64,000 bases of DNA, taken from a virus. The notes beneath the pieces are model-generated. The model did no database searches. It had not been told where the DNA came from and saw nothing but the letters and a program-made list of their open reading frames with translations. Shown here in pieces: positions 40,325 through 49,123 of this stretch (position 1 is its first letter; the number at the start of each line of letters is the position of its first letter). The translations under genes and the position numbers were made by a program. The stretch is taken from positions 96,001-160,000 of IMG/VR virus record IMGVR_UViG_3300032257_000479. One strand, written 5' to 3'.

Positions 40325-41020
40325 AAGGCTGTATTTCTATTGCTCTTTATTATATTTCATATATAATGGGCTTTTAATGCTGCGGTCTATCGACCTTGCA
40401 TTCGATACAAACCTCTGCGAGGTCCGTATCGTATTATTTTTTATTCTTTTCTTTTTTATCTTATCTGGGCTTAATGTTTATGCACAAGGACACTTTTCAG
40501 CCAAATGTTGTCTTGTTTGATAAACAGTAGAACATAGGCTGCTCCGCATAGTAGGTACTAATATAGAATTAGAAAATACTATGGCGTTGCTGGGTTTGAT
40601 TTTTTAAGGTCGGGTTCACCCAGCTTTCAGCCAGTCACCGCTTCGATTCGCTTAGATACAAGATGAAAAGTGTTCAAAAGCCCTGTAAATAGCTATCTCC
40701 TGCTAAAGGAGAAAGAGAGATGAGTCATGATGCTTCCTTTGACTCATACCATGTATATCCGAAGATATGATGTATTTTGTCGCTTAATACAAACGCTCGA
40801 CGTAAAGCAACCGAGAATGCTACCCAATTTATGCTTCGTATACAAAGGTTGCGGCCCACCTATTTCCTTCTCGCATTCATGGAGTAAGCTAAGCAATAGC
40901 AAACCATGAACTATGTCACTAGGGTACATCGTTCCGTTTCTCTTTATAAATGTACTCTTACACGAAAAAACCGCCTCCAGGTTACACATTAGGAGAGCGG
41001 CAAGGATTAATTCCTTGAAA
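40325..41020 (+). ncRNA. Candidate large structured non-coding RNA (~700 nt)
   Basis: At least 12 helices including nested long-range stems; wobble pairs are G-U on the + strand; no credible ORF. Ends are approximate. Confidence 0.55.
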
Positions 41021-41560
41021 ACAAATGCAAGTTAGTGGGCTTAAAAATAAAGCATTGTTTTCTTATATCTATTATTCGTCATATTGGTCACTGTTAAAAG
41101 AAGCGTACACGAAAAACCCTAAAACCTGCAATCTATTAATTATAATTATAAAGCATAATAAGAATTGGGCATATTGGGAATTTCTAAAAATATACTGCCA
41201 AAATATAGCATAAATCAATCGAATATTGAGCTATTTGATACTTATTGGGTAAATAGTGCTAGATTTTAGAAAACAACCCCTAGTTAATACTTACTTTAAA
41301 ATACGTTATTAGTATATCTAGATTCCAGCTAAAATATAGAGCTTTATGGCCATATCTAGCAGATTTTGTGTCAAATCAGCCTTAATTGAGCGATTTTCTA
41401 ACTTCATTTCTTGTTTTTCTTCTAAAATCCGGCAAAATAAGCTATACTTAAGTCATTTTATTAATTATAATAAATAAACCCCATTTAAATGCTTTAAACA
41501 GGGTTTATCGATTTGAATGCTCAATATATGGCTAATAATGGGTATTTTTTACTGGTTATT
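41020..41560. other. Very AT-rich non-coding tract (possible origin or regulatory region)
   Basis: No credible ORF, repeated AAAATATA, inverted repeat ATAAACCC/GGGTTTAT at 41474-41508. Confidence 0.35.
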
Positions 41561-41567
41561 AAATACT

Positions 41568-42071
41568 TTAATGATTCTTACTGATAAAATTATGATAAAA
41601 TATCTGGAAGGGCTCATCTTCGCTTAAAACATCTATTGGAGAAACAGAATTAATAAACCAACCGAAAAGGCCAGGACTATATAAAGACTCTACAACAACA
41701 ACCGAGTTCGAGTCAGCATATTTAGCGTCAATTATGGCTTCATTTACAATGTAGCAGAAATCATTTTCTATGACACCCTTATGCCCCTTGTTCATTTTGC
41801 TTGCTCTATACATTACACATGGGACATTTTTACCAATATTGTTATTGATCCAAATAAAGCCTTCAGCCGCTGCCGCTTCATCTAATATTATAGACTCTAA
41901 TTGTCCTAGCTTATTTGGTTTTTCTTTCGATAAAATGAAATGAACATTTATTCCACATATATTGAACACTTTTTCCCGCGGAGAAAAAAGGCTCAAAGAC
42001 AGCTTCCATTTATCTAATATTGATAGTTTGTTATTCAATAGAATTCGCCACAACAATGGAAACCTGAACAT
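41568..42071 (-). CDS. Hypothetical protein
   Basis: 167 aa, contains IILDEAA. Confidence 0.6.
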   Translation of the reverse strand: MFRFPLLWRILLNNKLSILDKWKLSLSLFSPREKVFNICGINVHFILSKEKPNKLGQLESIILDEAAAAEGFIWINNNIGKNVPCVMYRASKMNKGHKGVIENDFCYIVNEAIIDAKYADSNSVVVVESLYSPGLFGWFINSVSPIDVLSEDEPFQIFYHNFISKNH

Positions 42072-42453
42072 CTCCGCTACTCTTAAACTCTCTTTCGATT
42101 ATATGGACATCTAATCTGGAAAAAGCAAAAGAGTTAACGAAATTATTAATAACTCTTTCAACTAATTTGTCAGAAGATATTTTTCCAATAACTGTTTGTT
42201 GAAGATTTGTCGTAAAAAAATAATAACACTCTTTATTGTAATCATCTTCATCTGTAGATAACATATTTTTTGTTAATATTTTTGATTCAATAGTATCCAT
42301 AGATGTTGTCATGCATACATATCTGGTTTTTTCATCTAATTTTATAAATGAATCTTTTTCATCGTGATAAAAAGTGTTTATAATAGATCCATTGTACTCT
42401 CTTATTGAGGACATTGATCTTATCCACAGGTTTATTCTTTCATTCTGATTCAT
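42031..42453 (-). CDS. Hypothetical protein
   Basis: 140 aa, overlaps its neighbours. Confidence 0.65.
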   Translation of the reverse strand: MNQNERINLWIRSMSSIREYNGSIINTFYHDEKDSFIKLDEKTRYVCMTTSMDTIESKILTKNMLSTDEDDYNKECYYFFTTNLQQTVIGKISSDKLVERVINNFVNSFAFSRLDVHIIEREFKSSGDVQVSIVVANSIE

Positions 42454-43069
42454 TTACATCAACTGGCGAAACAACACACCCATAATTATTAATAACTGAT
42501 CCATCGCTTATTTTTACGGTTTTACCAATGGCTGCAAAAAACAGTGACAATTGATGCTCAAGAACACCTATATTTTTAGAGCTTGAGCTATCGATAGATA
42601 TTATTTCAATCTTCTCTCCGAGAGCAGACAAAAATAGCGAACATTCGTTATTTTCTTTTTGTGAATCATACTCTGAAAATATGGAGATCTCTATATTATT
42701 AGACATAAAATTGTGTAGTGATAATATTTTTTCGGAATCGCTTTCATTAAAAATATAGCTTGAATCGCTTTTCTTTATTTCAAAACCACAAGCCGTAAAG
42801 ATTATAGATATTTGATGCAAAACCTTTTCAACACAATCTTCACTAAAGTCAAATAAAGAAATGATGCTAAGCGGTTTACTTTTAGCGGGATTAGACAATA
42901 TTACTGTGAATATTCTTTTACTATACTTTAATTCCTGAACCGATTCAAGAGACAAATATTCCGACATGTAAACATAATCGTTTATTATCTGTATGGCATT
43001 TTGAGCCGTTTGTTCAACGTGCTCCCGTAAAGCGTCCATAGCTTTTTGTGTATCTTCTTTTGAGTCCAT
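42440..43069 (-). CDS. Hypothetical protein
   Basis: Start moved to ATG 43069 (MDSKED), 6 nt after a GACGAAAT promoter element. Confidence 0.7.
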   Translation of the reverse strand: MDSKEDTQKAMDALREHVEQTAQNAIQIINDYVYMSEYLSLESVQELKYSKRIFTVILSNPAKSKPLSIISLFDFSEDCVEKVLHQISIIFTACGFEIKKSDSSYIFNESDSEKILSLHNFMSNNIEISIFSEYDSQKENNECSLFLSALGEKIEIISIDSSSSKNIGVLEHQLSLFFAAIGKTVKISDGSVINNYGCVVSPVDVNESE

Positions 43070-43117
43070 AATAGTATTTCGTCTACTATTCAAAGTTTCA
43101 TTTAGTCAACCACACTA

Positions 43118-44014
43118 TCAGTGAGTAAAGTTCTGACCCTTCACCTCAGGAACATTATGGAGACAAGATTCCCCATATTTTTCTTTTACATGATCTATCA
43201 TGGTTCCGCTGTGACTTGTCACCAAGAATTGTTTGTCAGGAAATGATTCAATGAGCTTATCTATCATTTTTGCATGTCTTTCAAAATAAACATGCATTTC
43301 TATATTGTCAACAAGTATAATGTTTGCCTGATTTATTATAGATGGATCACATAACTGTCTAAGAAGGGTCGCTATTTTTCGCTCTCCATCAGACATGCTT
43401 TTGAAGTGAACTTTCGAATCACCCTTATCTATAACAACATCTTGATAAAAATCTACACGTTCCCCAACTCCTTCTCCATCAGAATCCTCTCCCTCAAAAG
43501 TTGAAACAGAAATACCTAGCTCTACATCGTAACCATAAACAATGCGAGCCATATCAAGAAATAGTTCTGCTCCATCAGCAGGCAATTGAAATTTTTGCCT
43601 ATTTATTTGGTGATCAGCATCAACAAAAACGCATACATTTCTGTCGTTGACTTCGTTTTCAACAACACCATCAGGTTCGTGGTCTGAGTTTATTCTCGCA
43701 ACCTTTTCGTTTCCATCGTCGTCAACAAAGATTGCTTCAACCTTCATTGGGTTATCGTTTATCATAAAATGAGGTAAATGCGGGTCATAATCTGGATGAA
43801 AAATAAGCTTCCTGAATAGGAGATCATTCTTTCTATTCTTTAGCCAACCTATATTTCCAATAAGCCTCATCGCATGCAAGTTTGTTGACTTGCCGCATCC
43901 ATTCGGTCCAAAAAATATTGATATTGGATTTATGTCTCCATTGTCATTCGTAAAATTGAATGTGGCTTCTTTGTATCCGGTATAATTAGATAAATATAAT
44001 TGTTTCAGTTTCAT
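43118..44014 (-). CDS. Stand-alone ABC-type (AAA_21/SMC-like) ATPase
   Basis: L.L.NY.GY, GPNGCGKS, MSDGE signature, LVDNIEMH Walker B, QF.VTSHS H-loop. Confidence 0.85.
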   Translation of the reverse strand: MKLKQLYLSNYTGYKEATFNFTNDNGDINPISIFFGPNGCGKSTNLHAMRLIGNIGWLKNRKNDLLFRKLIFHPDYDPHLPHFMINDNPMKVEAIFVDDDGNEKVARINSDHEPDGVVENEVNDRNVCVFVDADHQINRQKFQLPADGAELFLDMARIVYGYDVELGISVSTFEGEDSDGEGVGERVDFYQDVVIDKGDSKVHFKSMSDGERKIATLLRQLCDPSIINQANIILVDNIEMHVYFERHAKMIDKLIESFPDKQFLVTSHSGTMIDHVKEKYGESCLHNVPEVKGQNFTH

Positions 44015-44064
44015 TGATAATCCTTAAAGCATAATGCTATAGGGATTATCGACAAAAAAGCTAA

Positions 44065-44466
44065 TCAAGAAGAGATTGACCAGTTACCGGATTCATCTTG
44101 CCCCCAATATTTCCAGGCAAAAGGAATGTAATGCACGTTAGAAAAACCAGCATCCTCAAGAATACCTTTCATTATCAATCCGCCAACATTGTTTAAAGAA
44201 TGTATAACAATGGTTTTGTCGGAATAACTTTTAATTGTAGAAAGATGGCGAGCAACGGTTCTTCCGTCCTCTTCGTCATCATTTAACTGATTGTTTGTTT
44301 CCCAATTTAAATCATGATCCAAAAATACAACATCATAATCATCATTATTGTCTAAAAGATCAATAGCTTCTTGAGCGGTAAACGCATTGTCCACATGACA
44401 ACCTATAGCGTTTGGCCTAAATACATTGTGCCTATTTTGATCATCATCTAAAAATAAAACTTTCAT
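44065..44466 (-). CDS. Cyclic-phosphate processing receiver (cREC-like) domain protein
   Basis: VLFLDD...R, DVVFLDHDL, G..VA, IVIHS.N..G..M. Confidence 0.8.
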   Translation of the reverse strand: MKVLFLDDDQNRHNVFRPNAIGCHVDNAFTAQEAIDLLDNNDDYDVVFLDHDLNWETNNQLNDDEEDGRTVARHLSTIKSYSDKTIVIHSLNNVGGLIMKGILEDAGFSNVHYIPFAWKYWGQDESGNWSISS

Positions 44467-45224
44467 AACAGCCTTTCTTTCAAAAAATCAACAACATCAT
44501 TTGCGATTATCTCGTAATACAATTCATCAACCGCCTCTTGATTTAAGTGTTCTTGCAAATTATTATTTTCTATAGCAAATAATAATTCCTTGTCCAGCCT
44601 TTCTACTTCTTTTTCAACAAGATCAAAAGATATTTTTCCCTCTCTTATATCAACAAGAAGGTCTGCTTCTGGCCTAGGAAAAGTCATAGATCCAGTTTTT
44701 GCTAATTCGATACCTTGACTCAAGAGTCGAACTGCGTGATATGCATTTTTTACGGAGTATCCATATTTTTTGTAAGAATCTTTTCTTTTGGCTCCAACAA
44801 CTCTTTTGCTGTGATAAATATCTCCTGTCTCCTTGTTCTTTGTCTTTAACTGAGCTTTTAACCACTCTGACATAGCAAATCCTGAAAAAGGCATTAGCTG
44901 AGACTTTGTCACAAACAAATTTTTGTTATCTATGATTTTTCTTCCATTTTCTGAGCATGTTAAAACATGAGATTCAGGAGCAAAAAGGATCTCAAAAGTA
45001 TTGGGGGTTCCCTTTACCAGTTGATTAAGAAACTTTACAAGTCCCCAGATCACAACATCATTAACCTTATCTTCGTGTTGTTCAAATCTTCTTCTGCCAA
45101 GAAAGCAGTTTGCTGGCTCAACAACAAAACCTCTTAAGTCATCATCAGATGATGGAGTAGAGCACCCATACAGCCTGCTGCCTGTTCGGATAAGTAAGTC
45201 TGGTTTTTCCCAAAAGTTTTCCAT
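44463..45224 (-). CDS. RlaP/YcgL-type Pol-beta superfamily nucleotidyltransferase
   Basis: GSRLYG..TP.SD.DLRG, G.PN..E.LF, G.KR......GY..K.AYHA.RLL..G.E. Start moved to ATG 45224 because the track extension is the tRNA. Confidence 0.88.
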   Translation of the reverse strand: MENFWEKPDLLIRTGSRLYGCSTPSSDDDLRGFVVEPANCFLGRRRFEQHEDKVNDVVIWGLVKFLNQLVKGTPNTFEILFAPESHVLTCSENGRKIIDNKNLFVTKSQLMPFSGFAMSEWLKAQLKTKNKETGDIYHSKRVVGAKRKDSYKKYGYSVKNAYHAVRLLSQGIELAKTGSMTFPRPEADLLVDIREGKISFDLVEKEVERLDKELLFAIENNNLQEHLNQEAVDELYYEIIANDVVDFLKERLL

Positions 45225-45226
45225 AA

Positions 45227-45300
45227 TTCCCCGCAGTGGATTTGAACCACTAGCCTTCGATCCCAAAAAATCAATGCTCTTCCAATTGAGCTAACGGGGA
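45227..45300 (-). tRNA. tRNA (Gln-like, U1:A72) with an 8-nt anticodon loop UUUUUGGG; no encoded CCA
   Basis: TCCCCGT/GCGGGGA acceptor, GCTC-AATTGGAA-GAGC D arm, TTGAT/ATCGA anticodon stem, AGTGG-TTCAAAT-CCACT T arm. Confidence 0.88.
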
Positions 45301-45437
45301 ACTAGGTAGCCATAACTGTATAATGCCTTTTCTTCGCGACCTACCAATAGAAGCAAAAAGGCAAATATGTACTACCTAGATTTATTTATTTTCGACCAAT
45401 TATAGGCCTCATGAAATGTAAACACACGTGAATTCTT

Positions 45438-46130
45438 CTAAATGTCCTCAAAATTACTCAAGTCCTTATCAGGAAAATCTTCATGACCAGGTGTAATGAA
45501 TTCTCCAAATGTTAAGCTAGGGGAATGATAAGGAACAAGAGCCCATCTGCATGATCCTTTTTCTGTGTAGAAAAATCTAACGGTATCATGAAGACTGTCA
45601 TTAGTTGATGCAAGAATTATAGTTGGAGTAATAACGTCTCTTATTAAAATAGAGAACAATGATTGAGAATGAGTCCAACCAGTTTCTTCCATTATCTTTA
45701 TCAGTATTACAGATAAAACTCTATCTGAATCTCTTTTTGTTAGCCCATGATTTATTTGAAACAATATTTCACTAATAAAAGAGAAGCTATCTCTCATGCC
45801 AAGCAATACTACAGTGTTCTGCAAGTCAAGGCTCAATTTTGATTTGCATGCGATTTTAGGATCATTTGATTCATACGAGGTCTCTTCTCCGGTTTTTGAG
45901 TTGACAACAGTTTTATCTACTATCTTTATTTCTGGCATAATAAAAAGATTTTCTGTTCCAACTTCAACCTTTTCAAAATCCATGTATTCAATTTTTTCGG
46001 GAAAAGAAAAAACCTCTTTATCAAAACGAGGGAAAAGATTGATTATTTCTTCTGGTGAAAAACTTTTAGCTTTATCTTCAAAGTCAAAGTCAATTTCATC
46101 TGAAGAATGCCTTAAAGCCATTCTCTTCAT
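45438..46130 (-). CDS. Hypothetical protein; frame open about 50 codons further upstream
   Basis: 230-aa track ORF with an open upstream frame to about 46286. Confidence 0.75.
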   Translation of the reverse strand: MKRMALRHSSDEIDFDFEDKAKSFSPEEIINLFPRFDKEVFSFPEKIEYMDFEKVEVGTENLFIMPEIKIVDKTVVNSKTGEETSYESNDPKIACKSKLSLDLQNTVVLLGMRDSFSFISEILFQINHGLTKRDSDRVLSVILIKIMEETGWTHSQSLFSILIRDVITPTIILASTNDSLHDTVRFFYTEKGSCRWALVPYHSPSLTFGEFITPGHEDFPDKDLSNFEDI

Positions 46131-46317
46131 GTCTGTAGGCGATATTTTGTTAACAGGTGCTACGTCTTCTTTTGTTTCAATGATTTCTTCTACTGCATCA
46201 GATACCCTTTCAAGAATTTTTCTTGCGATATTTTTAGCTCTGTGAAGAAAATTTTTGTTGTAATTATTGATATTAAACCTCCATACTCATTAACAATATC
46301 GACATTATATCTTTAAT

Positions 46318-46345
46318 TAAATTTCGCTCCACTAATTGCCGATAC
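46318..46345 (+). promoter_or_regulatory. sigma28-like promoter TAAA-N16-GCCGATAC for the glycan operon
   Basis: Near-consensus FliA promoter, back to back with GTCGATAT (46296-46303, minus). Confidence 0.65.
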
Positions 46346-46383
46346 CTTTATGGGATATACAATATTAATCAGGAATACCATCT

Positions 46384-46749
46384 ATGACCGAAGGAACAGA
46401 CCCAAGAGATATGCTAAAGAAGTATATGGATTCTCAAAACGAGAATACATATCATCACAAGCCATTAGGAGAGCATATGTTTGGTTGTTTTTTCGAACTA
46501 ATAGGTAAATTGTTGTTTTGTCCCAGCGCTTGCGGACAGATTGTTGTTTCTGCTGGATCCCAGGAATTGTTTATTAAAACATGTTTTACTCCTTCTGAAG
46601 TATATATATCTATAGGGGAAACTGAAGGAAAACCAGGCTGCGGCCCTATATCAGATTCATTTGATATAAAGTATGTTCCAAAAGGATTTATATTAAAAAG
46701 CAAAACAAACAGCCCAAGAAGGAAAATAAAATGGAAAGCAATAGGCTGA
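46384..46749 (+). CDS. Hypothetical protein
   Basis: 121 aa, first gene of the plus-strand operon. Confidence 0.6.
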   Translation: MTEGTDPRDMLKKYMDSQNENTYHHKPLGEHMFGCFFELIGKLLFCPSACGQIVVSAGSQELFIKTCFTPSEVYISIGETEGKPGCGPISDSFDIKYVPKGFILKSKTNSPRRKIKWKAIG

Positions 46750-47729
46750 TAAACGTAATAGGGTGGTATGATAAAAACAACATAGGAGATGAAGCATACA
46801 AGATTTCTTTTAAAAAAATATGGCCAAATGCCAATTTTGTTTTTTCAGATATCCCAATAGAATCAGCAGATGAATATGTTATAGGAGGAGGAGATGTTGT
46901 TTCATCTTCTCTTTTAAATAGTGTTTCTAAAATAAAAAACAATAAAAATATGATGAGTATATCTTTCCCAGACAGTGTTAGCGATAATCACTTTGATGAA
47001 TTTCAGAGAGTTTGGGTTAGGGATCAATATTCCCTTGATAACGCAGTTAAATTTGGGCTTAAGAATGCAGAAATAGTGCCTGACTTTGCTTTCTCGCTAA
47101 ACGCTGATCAAAGAAAGGGAGATCAAATACTAAAAGGGATTTTTAAGAAAGAAAAACTTGATCTTTATTCAAACAGAATTGGTATTATAGTAAACGCCCA
47201 CATGATGACTGGACATAATTGTTCAGCAGTTAAGTCTTCTTTGTTTGAAAAATTTACATGGGAACTTTCGTCTTTTTGTGATAATTATTCCGCGAGCTTT
47301 ATTTTCATTCCATTCGGAACATCATTTCCATGGGATGACAGAGCAGCAGCATCATCCGTTGCCTCAAAATGTAAATTCTGGAAAAAGAATTGCGTAATTT
47401 ACGACAGAATGACGGTTCAAGATACGCTTGATTTGGTTTCATCTCTCGATGTTTTGATTAGTACAAGATTGCATGGATCAATATTTTCAACGATAGGGAC
47501 AACCCCATTTGTTGATATAACACATAATCACAAAAATATAAATTTCCTCAAAACAATAAACGAAGAAAGAAACGCCATCAGTTATTCTTCATTTCAAAAA
47601 GAAGAACTAAAAAATATGATTGATGAAAGAATTATTTGTAAAAACAAATACTCAGCAGACCTAAAAGAGAAAAGAGATGAACAAAAAAGAATTATCAAAA
47701 GATACTCAGACACAATATCTTTCCTATGA
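46731..47729 (+). CDS. Polysaccharide pyruvyl transferase family protein
   Basis: GWY...N.GDEA, IGGG, VRD..S, VPD.AF, IS.RLHG.I. Confidence 0.9.
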   Translation: MESNRLINVIGWYDKNNIGDEAYKISFKKIWPNANFVFSDIPIESADEYVIGGGDVVSSSLLNSVSKIKNNKNMMSISFPDSVSDNHFDEFQRVWVRDQYSLDNAVKFGLKNAEIVPDFAFSLNADQRKGDQILKGIFKKEKLDLYSNRIGIIVNAHMMTGHNCSAVKSSLFEKFTWELSSFCDNYSASFIFIPFGTSFPWDDRAAASSVASKCKFWKKNCVIYDRMTVQDTLDLVSSLDVLISTRLHGSIFSTIGTTPFVDITHNHKNINFLKTINEERNAISYSSFQKEELKNMIDERIICKNKYSADLKEKRDEQKRIIKRYSDTISFL

Positions 47730-48999
47730 TAAAAATTATATAATTAGATCTGTTTCAACTTCTCCAATAATAGCGGAAGGACAGAGAACAAAGCTAGTAG
47801 TAAGTGATAGTGATCTAAAACATTTTGTTGGAAAAAAGGTTGTTTACGATATGCTTGATTCAAAAGATATTAATAAAAAAGAAATTAATGAATTAAAGGT
47901 TGCCATAGTTTGTAACTGGAATGACAAATGCGGCATATCAACATATACTGGATACTTAGCAGGAGCAATAGCTCCCAAAATAAAAGAAATGAGAATATTT
48001 TCGGAAACTACAGAAGATAAAACTTTTGAAGACGAAGATTTTGTTGATAGGTGCTGGACAAGGGGAGAAAGCCTTCTTCCTCTCGCTCAAAAAATACTAG
48101 ATTGGGAACCTGATTTAATTATTGTTCAACATGAATATGGCATTTTCCCAAATGCGTTTCGATTTATGCAGTTTATGGAAGCTCTAGATGGAACACCATA
48201 TGTTGTCGCCATGCACTCTGTTTATGAGCATTTAGATAAACTCGTTTACACAGAAGCTTGCAAAAACATAATAGTCCATTCTGATGAAGCAAAGAACACC
48301 CTCAAAAGACTAGGAAATACAAGAAATATAGACGTTATACATCACGGTTGCGTTTCGGTTCAAGAGACAGAAGAATTATGGAATATCATGCAAAATCCAT
48401 ACACTGTAATGCAATTTGGATTTGGTTTTAGTTATAAAGGTGTAGATAGGGCAATTAAAGCAATATCTCACTTAAAGAAAACAGACCCTAAATTTGAAAA
48501 TATATTCTATTTTTACCTATGTTCAACAAACTCTCACAACCTAATTGCTCAAAATGAATACTACGAAGAGCTTGTTCAATTAGCTGAAGAAGAAGGGGTT
48601 AGAGATAATATTGCAATCGTAAGAAAATATCAAAGCGAAATGATGCTTAGCCTCTATCTTAGATTAGCAAAACTTATTGTTTTCCCATATGTTGTAAATG
48701 GAGACAACAAAGTATATGGAGCGTCAGGGGCCATACGAGTAGCAATGGCTCATGGCAAACCCGTTGTAGCATCCGATTCTCATTTGTTTGATGATCTTGA
48801 AGGTATTATACCAAGACCAAACAGTTCGCTTGCTTTGGCTGAAGAGATAGACAAAATTTTCAGTAGCGATGAAGAAAGAAATGAAATAATTAACTCTGGC
48901 TTAAACTATGTCCAAACACACACATGGGATTATGCTGCAGATCAGTATTTGGCTTGTTACGAAAAAGTTTTGAAGCAAAATATAGTTTCAAGTGATTGA
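47677..48999 (+). CDS. GT4-family (GT-B) glycosyltransferase
   Basis: CGI.TY, VQHEYG.F, IIVHS, FGF...YKG, VFPY...SGA...AMA.GKPVV.SD. Confidence 0.9.
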   Translation: MNKKELSKDTQTQYLSYDKNYIIRSVSTSPIIAEGQRTKLVVSDSDLKHFVGKKVVYDMLDSKDINKKEINELKVAIVCNWNDKCGISTYTGYLAGAIAPKIKEMRIFSETTEDKTFEDEDFVDRCWTRGESLLPLAQKILDWEPDLIIVQHEYGIFPNAFRFMQFMEALDGTPYVVAMHSVYEHLDKLVYTEACKNIIVHSDEAKNTLKRLGNTRNIDVIHHGCVSVQETEELWNIMQNPYTVMQFGFGFSYKGVDRAIKAISHLKKTDPKFENIFYFYLCSTNSHNLIAQNEYYEELVQLAEEEGVRDNIAIVRKYQSEMMLSLYLRLAKLIVFPYVVNGDNKVYGASGAIRVAMAHGKPVVASDSHLFDDLEGIIPRPNSSLALAEEIDKIFSSDEERNEIINSGLNYVQTHTWDYAADQYLACYEKVLKQNIVSSD

Positions 49000-49031
49000 T
49001 TGTTTGTTTATAAAAAACTGTCCGATATATA

Positions 49032-49123
49032 GGTAGCTGCTTCCGATTGATGCGAATCTCGGAGACAGTCCCTTCCCGCAGCCCCGTCAGATTTTACTCC
49101 TATTAGATCTGGCGGGGTATTTT
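49032..49123 (+). ncRNA. Candidate ~90-nt small RNA with own promoter and terminator
   Basis: TCCGATAT element at 49021-49028, stem CTGCTTCCGA/TCGGAGACAG capped by GAT-GCGA-ATC, then a terminator hairpin. Confidence 0.5.
49082..49123 (+). terminator. Strong hairpin terminator between convergent operons
   Basis: CCCCGTCAGAT...ATCTGGCGGGG followed by TATTTTT. Confidence 0.75.

Noticed and set aside
40325-41020. Assignment as group I/II intron, tmRNA or RNase P RNA
   Set aside because: No interrupted gene, and no domain V, P7, tRNA-like ends or GAGGAAAGUCC motif seen by eye.
40302-41213. Small ORFs in the 40.3-41.2 kb gap
   Set aside because: No SD, atypical composition, overlapping on both strands; RNA structure explains the region better.
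45225-45266. Track N-terminus MGSKASGSNPLRGI of the nucleotidyltransferase
   Set aside because: It is the translated tRNA arms; ATG 45224 is the better start.
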